Below, piece after piece: positions 27,201-40,400 of a stretch of DNA of 64,000 nt. The position numbers were made by a program, and so were the translations under genes. The notes under the pieces were generated by a model, which had not been told where the DNA came from, made no database searches, and saw only the letters and a list, made by a program, of their open reading frames with translations. The stretch lies in assembly GCA_003344405.1 (NCBI GenBank), contig NOWV01000025.1, positions 372,001 through 436,000 of the forward strand, read 5' to 3'. Position 1 is the first letter of the stretch. Each line of letters begins with the position of its first letter. The DNA is from Trichoplax sp. H2. Taxonomy: Eukaryota.

Positions 27201-30200
27201 CCTAGAAGCATCATGAGAATCGGTCAATTTTTCAGTAGCCGTTGGGTCGATATAAATCCCATGTAGGATATTAGAAGGAATTAAAGTTGATGAAGTCGAT
27301 TGTAATGAAACTGTTACATAGGCTTGTGCACTTTCATGTTCTTTTTGTGACACGCCGTTTAATTCTGACATGGTCAGTGCCGATTTAGTTGTGTAGAGCG
27401 AGTAGTATTCTGAATCTTGAAGATTTGCTGTGAAAGTATCCTCAGTCTTTGTTCCTAAGTATGAGCTGGACCAGCTAGGATATAGAAAACCTTCTTCTTG
27501 ATCCTGGCTAGACTCACTACTTCTTTGATGAGTTACTGAAACTGCAATTGACATTGCCGAGGTAGTTGAAAGATCATCATGATCTGTATACTCACTATAA
27601 TATGTAGGTTTTAAAGGAGATGAAAACTGATGTGTTATAGGTGTTTTTTCATTTGATTGGCCAGAATGAATTTCTTCGGAAATGGAGGGTGGGTGACTTA
27701 AACTGGACGTCGAAATATTTTTTTGAATCGGATCTCGTAAATCCAGTGTTATAAGTGCAGGTGCGAATATATTGTCATCATCGGCAATTAGAGTAGAATT
27801 TTGAAGTAAATCTTTTGTGGTAGAAGCTAAGATATCCTGGTCGAAGTTTTCAGTGATCGAAGGATAAGTCACTGTAGAGGATGTTGAATGATGATATGAA
27901 TATGGTTTGGCAAAACTACCATCAATAATTTCGACAGAAGTAGACGCTATAATCGATGAAGAAGTAATAGAAGCCGATATAAGATCATTATTGGTTGTTA
28001 AAGTATTCAAAGCAAAGCTTAAACTATTATTGGCAAGATTACTAGTCGTAGTCGTAGTCGTAGTCAATGCAGTACTATTCGTGGCATAAGTAATAGCGAT
28101 TGCAATAGTATTGGTAGTAGTGGCAAATGCAGTCAGGGCGGTAGTTTTATTAGCGCATATGGTTGTTCCGATAGTTGTTATTATAATAGTGGTAGTGTTT
28201 GCAGCTACAGCGATAGTTGTATCTGTAGTTATTGGCAAAGCTATCGGACTCGTTGTCGCTGTAGAAATAGTTTTCGTATTGGTAGTGATGGTATAAGTCA
28301 TGATAGCTATATTACCTGTTCGTTGCGAATATAATTCATGATATGTCGTCGATGTACCAATATAATAGTTAGATGATTCGCTTGGCAGATCAGATTTTGG
28401 AGTTGCATGATGAACCGTTAGGGCAATGCTCGAGCCTGTATTTACATAGTCAGTTGCTACAGACATCCACTGGGAGATATTGACAGATATTCTAGGAAGG
28501 GGCTCGGTAGCAGAAGTATCTATAGCATGCGATGGCAACATTTGGCTTGCACTGCTAGTTGTACCATTAATAGACGATGTAGATTGAGAAGCAGCTAAAC
28601 TTGAAGCTATAGATGTAAATAAAGACAAAATATAATTCAGTTCATATTCTGTGCAAATCTCAGTGACGGTATCTGATAGCATTTGCATACAGAAGGTATT
28701 TCGTAATAAACAATTCCTGGATTGCTGAACAAGCTTGATAAAATCAGGAATAACATAATGATGGGAAAGGTATTAATACTTATTGCAATATAAATTGAAA
28801 TAAACACGTAACATAAATCGAAATTTAGTTTATTGGTAAATAAAACTATCGTTTGTAAATCATAATTATTAGTTTTTCGCGTACTTAAATGATAGCTATC
28901 TATTTAAATGGAAACCATCTGTGCGAGATATATAACAAGGATACAATGTTATGGAAGTATCACGAATTTTACGAATAATCTACACATCGTACAGGTATAT
29001 GAAAATTAATATTTCTAAATTGAAATTATTATTTGCTCATGTGCTTAGATGGAAGCCATCTAGGCGAGCTATACAACAAGGACGAAAGATTACGAAAGGA
29101 TCATGAATTATACGAGTATATGTACTTCTGCAGCGTCAAATTTGTTTGTATTACTGCGGTATTTTCGTCTATTACGTAATAAAATTATCATAAAGGATTT
29201 AATAAGCAGTAGATGAGAGCAGTTTGATCATTACAATGTTATATTCAAAACCACATCCCAAACTTGGATGAACTTATAAATGGATTTAGATGCATATTAA
29301 GATCAGTTTGGGCTTACCATGCGAAGTTGTGACCACAGTAGGTTGGATAACTGAGGACGAGGAAGCTAGGAAATCACATAAAACTCAGTCACTAAACTGA
29401 AGCTATCAGCAGCAGACTGTTATCATTATGAGCTGCCTTTTTTAGTTAACGATCTTTTCAAAATTAAAAAATATTCCCTAGTTTTCATTAGATGTTTGCC
29501 TTAGCGATCAAAGATAATTTATACTTACTGAGTGTGAGCGATAAACTTAAATGCGAAGTAGAAAGTATTTGAATGGCATCTACGTAAAAAATCATTCAAT
29601 ATAAATATATTATGATATGCAATCAAAAGAATTTTAATTATTGGCAAAAGAGGATAGAAATGGCAACCACGGTACCGAGATGAAGTACTGACAGATATGA
29701 TTGCCCTCAATATCATATGGTGCTCTCTATTCGTTATAAAGGTGTATTGTAAGTCAATTTGATTCTAATTTTTCTGCTTTAATTTGTTTAGCAATCTAAT
29801 TTATAATATAGATAATTTAATATTGACTATAAAAGCACTAAATTGACTGATTTATGAAAGCTATATCAATTTTGCTGTATTTAGATAAATATCTTGAATT
29901 TCACTGCCGTGTAATCTTATGAGTATACAGTTCTAGTCTGTATGATATTCATCACCTCTCTGGCAAAATGCATATGCACTGCCGTTACACTGTCGAGTAT
30001 ACCAAAACCATGAGGCACTACCATGTTTAATGTAGACACAATCATTGTCACCATCACTAGGTTCTAGAGTTCCCCAATTTGTAAAATGGACTGCAGTTCG
30101 ATTATTTTGAATCCATACGAAGCCTTGAGAGCTATTTCTATTAAATACATCTCGTAGACCGATCCAATATTCACGATAAATATTTAAATTTTGCGTAGCA

Positions 30201-32331
30201 TAAACCATTTTATGCAGCGTATCAAGTTCAGTTAAGTTTCCTCCTCCGTTCTGGTAGCATTCAAACATGGCCGAGGAAAATTTTGCTTGGCCGCTTTCAA
30301 TAGGCCCATAGCATAAATTATCATAGGATATGTAGTTTAACGGACAGAAGCTCACGATGTGACCTTTAAAATCCAAATGTACGCGTATATCAGAGATTAG
30401 TTATCAGACCTACTGATTAAAAATACCCTAACGAATTCAAAAGTACATTCGTCTGAATAAGGTGCACTTGACCGTATTACATCAATGACGATCTCCATAA
30501 GCAAAATGTACCGGTAAAATGAATCTATCAGCCGATTATTTTATTCGAAGTAGTTATTAATCATCAAAGAAACAAATTCAAATTAAGTATAGTCTTACTT
30601 GCGGTGACATGGTAGTGGAGCAGCCGATAGATGAAAAAGACCTAGATGAAATTTCAAGCAATAACATTCTGTTATTAGGACTGATCTTAATTTTTCATAA
30701 GCTTACAGAAGCTAATTTTGGCAAGCAAGCAGCCAGTATATAAAGAAAAAAACCGAAAAGCAATTCATATTTTACATGTGCAATGACTGAATTTCTTAAG
30801 CAATCGCTTTATTTTCGAATTTGTTTATTTTTTATCGCGCTTATCACCAAAGATTTAATAAAAAGGTTAAAAGATACCGTACTGTACTTTTCCATGCACT
30901 CGGTAAAAATAAGGTAATTATGAATTTCTAAACTCCTTCTGCTAATATTTGATATTCACACTTTAATCCAAGATTTTAACTCTTGTATTACGATAATACT
31001 TCGACTCGCTACAGTGTAGAAACTTTGACCGTCCGGTATCGATATTTTAGGCCATAGAATAATCTGATGCAGGGTTATGAGGAATATTATAACATTTCCA
31101 AATGCTATCTTAAATATTCTTACTTAGAAAGTACTGATAGAATTAGTAGTCCTAACGTAAAAAATATTCTGTGAGACACCTTCCCAATTGAATTAAATTA
31201 CGTAATTAACAATTCCTCTAAGCGAAGGTCCGCAAAATTAGATCCTATCCAAGGTTTAACGTGAGAAGCTTCATAATGATCTTTCTACTATTTAAGTTCG
31301 TTTCTATCAAATGGTAATACTATCTGTTAAATGAGCGCATTATCGTAAACCGTAAGCAAAGCGAAGGGAGTTTGCACTAGTGCTACTTGAAAGCTAGTCG
31401 CTACTTGAATGTCTAGAATTTAGAAACAACGACAATAATTTTGACCAAACAATTGCCCTGCTTCAAAAATCTATGAGGACGTTCAAACTTTTAATTAAAA
31501 TCACCTATCTATACGATACTTGTATCTGATTTTAAAGCATAAGCATATTTCTACTTGTCGAATCAATGGAGAATGGCTTCCGTGTTTGATTCCTAGACTG
31601 TTAGCAATCTATTTGAATAAATTTAAAAATGTTACACTACCTAGCGACAAATTACAGTGTGACCAGTACCAATAAAGCCAAAAGTAAAATAAGAAACACT
31701 AAAGAATTGACTTTACGAGTACATGTAACCATTAAGTAGACATATATCGCCTTTCTTAAAAATTAACAAGTTCTTTGTTGGCTAAAATGCGACGTAGCAT
31801 ACCCATATATAACCTACTCTCTAATTTATTTTTTTACATTGCAAATTAAAGATCTTTCTACATAAAACAAACTATTTGAACATTGGCGTTTGATCCTGTT
31901 TTGAATCAATTTTTACCCTTAAAATGTTTCTAATGCATCAAATATTCAGCATCAAGACTTCATTTTAGCTTTCATGCTGTAAAATATATACTTTCGAATC
32001 AGTTTTAATTTTAAACATTAACAGAACAAATTTTTTAATTTATTTAATGTAAGAATTAGCAGTATCTTATATCAATTTTTTTATATGTAAGAACTAAATT
32101 ATATTTATACGCGTAATTGAGGCAGAGTTAAATTATATTATATAAATATTATTACCTTTGATCAATTTATTGGAATAAAATGTTTATAAGTCGAATTCAT
32201 AATCTTACTTTCAAATACTAACTACAATGTCCAGACGAATTTTATTTGAAAAATTTCAACTTAAGCAGAACAATGTTATTTATTTTACTACAAAAATACT
32301 GACTTACCCATATAAACGGTATAAACATCAT
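21259..32331 (-). CDS. Adhesion GPCR A: C-type lectin, Ser/Thr stalk, GAIN/GPS, 7TM (ADGRD/GPR133-like 7TM; ~1350 aa)
   Basis: Minus-strand exons: 32308-32331 (tentative ATG exon MMFIPFIW), 30599-30641, 29956-30363 (CTL), 29318-29365, 27143-28606 (S/T stalk), GAIN exons 26747-26880, 26459-26650, 26272-26340, 26053-26161, 25709-25846, 25492-25576, 25254-25371, 25023-25084 (CVFW), 24445-24577 (WSSEGC...[13 protein letters not shown]), 7TM exons 24204-24307, 23682-23787, 23337-23487, 23160-23226, 22988-23054, 22699-22796, 22233-22359, 22105-22146, tail exons 21884-21988, 21684-21765, 21259-21329 (last exon uncertain). Family motifs [48 protein letters not shown]. Confidence 0.92.
28905..29120. 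repeat. Diverged ~72-bp direct repeat pair in an intron of GPCR A
   Basis: ATGGAAACCATCTGTGCGAGATATATAACAAGGA...GAATTTTACGA (~28908-28975) versus ATGGAAGCCATCTAGGCGAGCTATACAACAAGGA...GAATTATACGA (~29049-29115). Confidence 0.75.
29956..30363 (-). other. C-type lectin domain exon of adhesion GPCR A
   Basis: [13 protein letters not shown]...C...GNL...YWIGLRD...[10 protein letters not shown]...CVYI...WYTRQC...AFCQ matches the CTLD consensus (WIGL, NW..EP., W...C). Confidence 0.92.
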
Positions 32332-35300
32332 GGATAGCGGTATTAAGAGTGAAGATTAGGTTAATTTTATTGAATGCTTGTATACAATTCCTTGATGTAA
32401 TCGTTGCTTATTATAATATATCATAGTTTAAACTGGTTTTAAAGTTCTAGTAAGAACAGTGTCTGTACGAATACCTGATTTTTTACATACGATAAAATTA
32501 AGATAGAAATGTCAGGTATCACAACGTAGGTAGCAATTAGACGATTGATGCAAGTAGCTATTACGAAAACTCAGCCAAACAACTCGGTTTTAGCTCAACA
32601 GATTGATGAGTATATTTTAAGAAGTATATTAAGGGTACACCAGTATCAGCATACCAGATTTAGCTAATTTATCGGAGCGAAAGCTAAAATTACTTTCCTT
32701 GTAGTTTAGGTTCATAATAATTGAAAGAGTTCAAATTGCCATCGTTCTGTAGGTATTATATATTCAATATTTGATGTCGGTCTAGCTGTGCTATAACAAA
32801 TATCAGAAATACTTATTGCATGCATGTGGAAAATAAAAAGTACGAATCATCAGAATAAAAGATTTCAAAAGTTTATTTATCAAGATTTTAAGGAATATTG
32901 TTTTAAATATAGATGAGTAAATAATATAGATAAAAGATTACGTTAAAAATAAAATATTCAGTTTTAAGAAGGAATTTAATATCAACTTTTAAATTCATAG
33001 ACTAAGCAAGCATTAATAATTTATACATATCTTTGTAGTGTTTTATGGCACAATCTTTTCAGTATTACGATTTTTGTTTTCACATAGGATATTAGATTTT
33101 ATTTTTAAAATACAAACTAATCTAATATTCAAAGTCTAAGTTAATTTCTTACGAGTTACTAAAGTATTTTAATCATTTAAAATAATAGATGCAGTAAATA
33201 GTTTAAATGTGCAATAATACTATATAGGTTTAGTGAAAATGGTTGCTGATTAAGTTAGAATTACAAAACTACTCTTTCGGATGGGGGTATATGAATCATT
33301 TAGGCACATAATTTGTAAAAGATTAAAGGTTGATTCGTACTATTATCATTAGCTTTGTATTTGTCACAATTTATGCTTAGTGGTAAGGAAACGTAACTTA
33401 AAAGCCTTTGAGTAATTACTGAATTTGAAGCTCCTTTACCAAACATTAAAAACACACGGCAAGGTAACGTAAAGATAGAACTTTTATTAGGATAGGCACT
33501 TCTATAACTTTTCACATATTCACTGCTAAACTCAAAATGTTCCATTTATATAGGAATCTTCTAAATTGTAAATAACAGCAGTATTATTATTGGACCATAC
33601 TGGAAGAGACATCTCCAGTCGTGATGTTCCTTACATAGCTTTTTCGTCAGTAAATATTTTTAACTTATCATTCGTATTTAATCTTAATCTAAGCAAGTAT
33701 GTTGTCTAGTTCAGCTATCATTAGCTGAAACTGCCTATGTCTAATTACAATTAGAAATAGTTCCTACGTTAATAAAGTGAACAAACCTTATCTGAAAATA
33801 TTAATTTGAATTCTTTAAACCGTGAAAATAATACAACTTGACAGGGATATGGCATTCCCTATACTTACTACAATTCATAACAGTTTAAATATTTTAATAT
33901 ATGCAGCGAAGTGGTATTGAGGACGTCATCATATTTCCTTTTTAGGTTAAGCCTAAAGTAACATTATAACTTATTACATTAGAGGAATACAACATTTAAT
34001 TCATAATCATTATCAATCATGATCATTTAGGTTGATGATCTATAAACAGTAATATGTGTGAAGGATGAATCAATCTTTCAATGAATAATGTGAGCATATT
34101 TCATTTAACTTAATGAACCTATTATTATTTTAATTAAAATAGAAATTTGTATAGTTATTTATGTACCCTTGCAGTTTATTTATATTAATAAATAATTTAT
34201 GGCGTTAGAAAAATATCAATTACAAACGTAATTCTTTTTACGGTCTACTTATTTAACTGAATGCGATATCATAATATAATTAAATTGAAATTTAAGCAGT
34301 TACAGTAAATTTTTTTGAGATACTGAATATTTAATAATATATTTTTGGTACGTAATAATTTATTATACAGCATGTGAACAAAGAAAGTGGCAAAAGCTTT
34401 AAGCAATTTCTCAATTTGATCTATCGACGAGTATTAATGAACAATTTGTTTGATAACTTCAAGTTAGGTACAAAAATTATTTGGATTTTATGATTTTTGG
34501 GAGTATGAGAAATTATATTTACTTTCGTACATTTTGACATCTTATGTTTTTGAATCAAATAGTAGCGTTTTTAGATCAAAATTTTGTAAATTTTCCGTAT
34601 ATAAATTACGTTAGAGATTTTGACGGTGCATTTTGTATATTTTTATCTTAATTTATAAATCTTAATTATAATTATGAATATAAATAGTCAAAATTACAAT
34701 CAATAGAAAAAGGGAGTAGTTTATGCTGCGATGTACCAAATTATGGAGATATAGGCAAGATACACTACTGTAGTTTATTTAAACAAAGTAAAATGAATAT
34801 CTACCTAATGAGGTCCAGTCTGTTCTGCAAATGCATTCATCTGTGCTAATACCATAATTAATACGCTTAGACACTAATCATAGCATGTCCACACTATATT
34901 ATTGAAAGAAAAGTATTACCTAATAGGCACATTCACTACTCGGAAATCTTTTAAAAATAAAAATTTCACCAACCATATTCATTATATATTTGGTAATGGT
35001 CAGAAAAGGGCAATTTTGGGTATTTTCTTGTATAATACGACTTAAATTGACGTAAACAAGAATGATAGACTTTAATTTGAGCAAGTATCGCTGAAATAAT
35101 TTTGCTTACACATCGTATCTACAATGGAAATATATAGACGTAATAAAGTATCTACATACATTTTCTCTTAGAGGTATAATATTCGGGTTTTCCTTGAGGT
35201 ATGTAAATGTAAGCATTTAATTTTTATTTGACCTGAAAAGCATTATTGCTCATGCAACTAATTTCATCTACTGAGCTAGAATCTATCTTATGAAAGGGAT

Positions 35301-35686
35301 ATTACCCGTAGTTAACGAAAGAATGTCATGAGCTAATAACTTATGGATAAAGATACCGTAGCAACTCTTCGATACTTTATGGTAGTAATTATCAGTTTTG
35401 CAACCTAGTAATTGATTATACTAATTTTTACAGTCTAAAATTGCGTCGGATATTGCAATAATTAAACCTGTTGTGTAAAATAAACCTTAAATAGATTAAA
35501 GATTTAATAGGTTGAATTTTATTCTTGTTTAATTAACAATTAGTGATAACGATAGAATAAAATCCTAAACATTAGCAAGATAATATAGTTTTCTTTCTAT
35601 TTGTAACTTGATATAAAACTACTAAAACTTCGAAATTTATATACGCATATGATTAAATATTACGGCATTTGATTTTGCTCCTTTAA

Positions 35687-36044
35687 CTACCTCACAAGAA
35701 TTTAGACGCCTTTGATTCTACGTTAAAACAACTATACAATTGAGAACTGCTTTATTCAACTATCTGACGGGTTGATATACCCTTCTACTGCAGCTAATAT
35801 TCACAAGTCATCTTATAAAAATACTTGGGTGAGAACATCTACTAATTAGTTTTTCACAGTCGGACTACAATATGTCCATTCACAGAATCATTTCAGTACA
35901 CATTACAGCACAGCAATAAATTTACTGTAACATATTTATAATTAGAGTAATTCCTATTGTAAGTGACTAGTTGTAATATGTTATCACTATATTATATTAA
36001 CCAAATTTAGATATCTATTTCTTCACGGTAGTTCGCACCGTGAC
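35687..36044. mobile_element. One-end-truncated copy of the 19286-19727 solo-LTR-like element
   Basis: Colinear near-identity with ~19368-19727 (CTACCTCACAAGAATTTAGACGCC...CACGGTAGTTCG(T/C)ACCGTGACA). Similarity stops exactly at GTGACA. Confidence 0.8.
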
Positions 36045-36092
36045 AGGTATATAAATGCGATAAGTCGTTTAACAAAATTAGTTCTTGTGACA

Positions 36093-36253
36093 AGTATTTA
36101 ACGTAAGATACGAGGCGTCGAAGTCTTTTTGTAGTCTACTAGTATGGGGAAAGTGTTCCTGAAAGAGTAGATACTGCTCCCTGATATGTGGTTCAGGGAA
36201 TCGACTGTTTGATCGTGCAATACGTTATCTTGTTGCAAAGCTGTTTTGTAACA
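36093..36253. mobile_element. Terminal fragment of the element found at 60448-61769
   Basis: TTTAACGTAAGATACGAGGCGT...TTGATCGT...TACGTTATCTTGTTGCAAAGCTGTTTTGTAACA aligns to ~61608-61769 and ends at the same terminus. Confidence 0.7.
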
Positions 36254-37477
36254 CTCATCTAATCAGAGAATTAGATATTTCAGTAAATCGGATATAAGAA
36301 CTCGTTTTTAATAATTTTATCAGTAACATGATACAATATGATAATTCTGAATCGTTCCTGGCATAATTGTTAACTGATCTGACTATAATTTTAGTATTAT
36401 CGATATAATAGATACTCATATTAGGTGAATTTTTAGAAAGACTGTTTATCGTAGCGCCCAATACCGCGATCCAATTATGAGTGCTAGCCTAAGTACTAGT
36501 GTCGTGTTCAGCCCACGACAAGGAAACGTCACAACTAGATAGCAATTATTATAGTACATAAATTGCGATGTCTTAGATTTAATAAGAGCAATTAGAATTG
36601 TTGTTGAAAATATTTGAATCAAAATATGAATATACTTACAAACTGAGCTAAGTTATTAAAGCAAGAGACAAGATTAATTTAGAATTATAAAGCTAAAAAT
36701 ATTTAGGTGTTTAATATTTTTAAAGTACATGATTAAGTTAAGACTAATTGTATCCGTAACATATCTTCTGAGCCGTTCTCTGTATAACAACTTGCTAGGA
36801 ATAATTTAGTTAGATTCTTAAATCTGAATACCTTCAGTATTACAAAAGCTAAACGAATCATTATACTGAAAGGAAGCTTACTCGAGCTAGCAACTAATAT
36901 CTAATTAGTAGCTTTGATTCTGTGATCTAATAGATCCGTAGTAGGAAAACAATGTGATCGCGGCTAGTTGATTTCTAAATTATAGTCTTTCCACAGCGGT
37001 ATTACGCTTTTTCTAATATCAAGACGAAATAAATTCTCGCTCATTAAAGGAAATCGAAAATAGATTGCTCGCTGTAATATATATTACTTAATGATGGATT
37101 TCGATAATCAATATCATTACAAAGTTATTAATTGTTATTAATCACCGGATAAATTCTTGTCATTTGGATATCATCATCTATTGATAGGAAAAGACAATCA
37201 GGATAAAATGTTGTGATTTTAGTATAGCATGACTTATTTGAGATGTAACAGTTTCAGACTATCAACATCGGTAATTAATATGCTAAACATCAAAGAATGA
37301 TGTATTTCAAATACTTGAGTCACTTTGCTTTTTCAGTAATTCACTTATGAAAGTCATCCTATTAGTATTTTAACTAATGATTTTAATTTTGGAATTGTAC
37401 TACATACGAAGGTATAAAAATTGAATTCTTATAAAAATTTTGCATGTAATCGAGAAAAGCAACGTTAGTTAGAATGA

Positions 37478-40400
37478 TTACTGCGGAGTCATCATCATCC
37501 TTTCTACGGAATCATTTGCAATCTTGATATTATAGTCACTATCTAACTTCTGTATCCTAACTTTGAGTTGTTTGACTGGTGAAAATTATACATACGTACG
37601 ATAATGATCTCATGCACGAATTAATTTTAGAAATATTAAGTCATCAAAGCAAGCGTATAAACCTTCATAAATTAAATTGCTGTTGGAGCCTTGATCCTCT
37701 GTTACATCAAATTCTTCCACATTAGATGATATCTTGATCTATAATTATATTTAGTAAATTATGAAATGAAATTGCTTATATGTATATACGACGAGGTATT
37801 ACTTTAGTAGTATCATTTCGCCAAATAATATAGATTTAAGTTAAAATACTGACGCTTTTTGCTATGAGAACAGTCATATTAAACGACTTTGTAAGTAACA
37901 CTATGACGAAATTGTAATTGAAATATATTTAAGAAATGTTATACCTTTGGATGTTTGCGGTTCGATGTGCTGAGAGCAATACTTTGAGAGCCAGTCGATG
38001 AATTAAAACCTACTCTACGCATAAGATAGTGTCGAACCTAATTTGATGGGAATGATCGTTGTATAAAGGTGTTAAATTTAGTAAGATACGGTAATTACAC
38101 TTAAATGATAATGTTAATATGACGTTTTTTCCTATAAGGAATAGGTATGTTTAAAAGTATAACAATGATACATACTTCAGAATTATACAGGCAGTGAAAT
38201 GAAAAAAAAAAGCAACCCTGTACGACAAAAAAGGAAATATCAGTTACAATATCTATTTGATAAAAAGATGTATCTAAGTTTAACCTTAGTTATAATCTCT
38301 AAATCAAGATAATAGTTAATAAGTTACACCATTTGAGAAAGGTAAAAATTATCGTCATAGCAAACCTGTAAACCATTCAAAATAACAAAGATATAACTGA
38401 AGGCAATGGTATGATTGCTCATTGAGAAAATACCAAATATCCAAGTTAAGCCAAGGATAGGCAACAAAATAAGAGTGGCTTTCACGATAGATCTAATATA
38501 AAATTTATTGTTGGAAGAGAGCAGCTAGAGTTACATCAAAAAATTCAATCAATTTAAGATAGAAGTGCAGTAATTGCAATTATCTGCTACGCTAATATAA
38601 CTATATTTCGATCTACATAAATTGATTTTACTTTACTTGATTTTTTTTGCGCTATAAAACTGTCGACTAGCTGGATGGATCCCGGATTTATTAGCGGTAA
38701 CTCGAAGGACGAGAATCATTACTAAAAAATTTACCTATTGGTAAGAATAATCCGGAAAAATTAAAATTTTTATTTAATCTTTAAGACGAAGAACAGATAA
38801 AATCTCTCAGCTAAAATACGGTGAAATAATTCAGTCCATACTTAAAGGTAGGTCTACTTGAGCTAGTGTTAGAGAATAATCATGTAAGATTATCGTACGA
38901 GTAACGACATGACTGGTCCGATAACTATAGTAGTGTAGAATAGGTAAAACGCGCAAGCTTGCCGTATAACTACCTGAACTAACTAACGAGACAGACGAAA
39001 GAAGATAGCTTTTATAATGTTAACTGAGTAACTTGCTAATGTATATTAAATAAACTTACCAAAATGACAAATAAAGCGGGTCCTGTAAATGCCCAAATGA
39101 ATCCACTATGAACTGATAGCCAACACCTATGTTAAGCAAAATAGTACTTTATTTGCATGCATGGCAGCAATTTTTTACACAATGTCGCAAAATTAACGCA
39201 GATTCACTTTAATTGTAAGCCAGCGATAACAATGTAAAATAACTAATTAGTCCAACTACGCGTCTTAACTTTCGAAGAGCAAATTTACTTTATTTCACAA
39301 AAATTAAACACTTAACGAGGAATTTCACAATCATGTTCTAAGCCGAAAATGAACTGCTAGAAAAAACTAGCAAGCATCTCTAAACTATTTGCTAGTATTC
39401 TTTCTTAACATCTAGAGTAGTCGAACAGCTATAAAGTAGCAAGTCAGTACATTATTATGTCTGAAATGATCACAAATAATACCTTTGTTCCTACATATTA
39501 GCCATCATAATGTTACCAAATACTTCTATTAAGTATTGAACTCACTTTTATCTTATCTGATTATTGCAACACCGCATTTTATAGTGGTATGCGAGGTCGT
39601 TTTATCTTATTTATGATTATTACAAGCCAAGTAATAAGTTATGTCTAAGCGATAGCAGTGATATTTTACTGTATCAAGAAGCTATGTGGCTCGGTAAGGT
39701 CTATAGTATTTGAAAATATTTTTATTATCTGTCAAATGAAATGATTCAAAGTAACAATCACGTTAGCCGTAAAATTGGCTGTATAACTTCTTTACTGACA
39801 GCATATTATGATTTTTTCAATTACTTTAGACTAAAAATCATATCTTGCTCGTACAAATTTGATCTTATCCAATATTACCTATAAATTATAGTATATATGT
39901 TACGGTACTACGTTGCCTAAATTACAGAGTTTAAGAAATTTTTGTTACTGATAGTGTTTTAGTATTATAGTATAGGAAATGCTAGAATTTGTTGTACTTA
40001 TACCTGTAGGAATTAATATCCTATTGTAAATCAAAAATACTCTTGCTTTATTCGAAAAATGAAAGCTATGAGCGTTATTGTAAAGTGATACATCTATTAG
40101 CCAACAACGCTTTGTGAATACGTACGTAATTTCGATAAGATTATTCTTTGTAAATAAATTTTTCTTTTTATCTAATTACATCATTCAGATGTGTCTGGTA
40201 TTTCTTTGTTAAGATAAACGGTTATTTATGAGTGTATTTATTGGTTTAAATCAGTTAATTTTGTGAGAGAACAGTGAGTAAAGAGTTACGGAATAAAGCT
40301 GTTTTGTAGATTATAATTTAGCGTGTCTACTGGTTGTGAGCCTTTTAGAAGGGTAGTTCTTAGACGTTATAGTAGCAGTACTATATTCTTACTAGATCTT

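Noticed and set aside
27907..28296. Val-rich hydrophobic + strand ORFs (also 47246-48094)
   Set aside because: Antisense shadows of the Thr/Ser-rich stalk exons.
30707..30790. Hydrophobic minus-strand frame ([26 protein letters not shown]) as first exon of GPCR A
   Set aside because: I saw no in-frame ATG nearby. 32308-32331 gives an ATG and the right phase. It remains possible as an alternative exon.
38176..38217. Possible frameshift at the 10-A homopolymer in the TM7 exon of GPCR B
   Set aside because: The exon is 42 nt like its paralog and reads in frame (GCFFFSFHCLYNSE), so there is no sign of a pseudogene.
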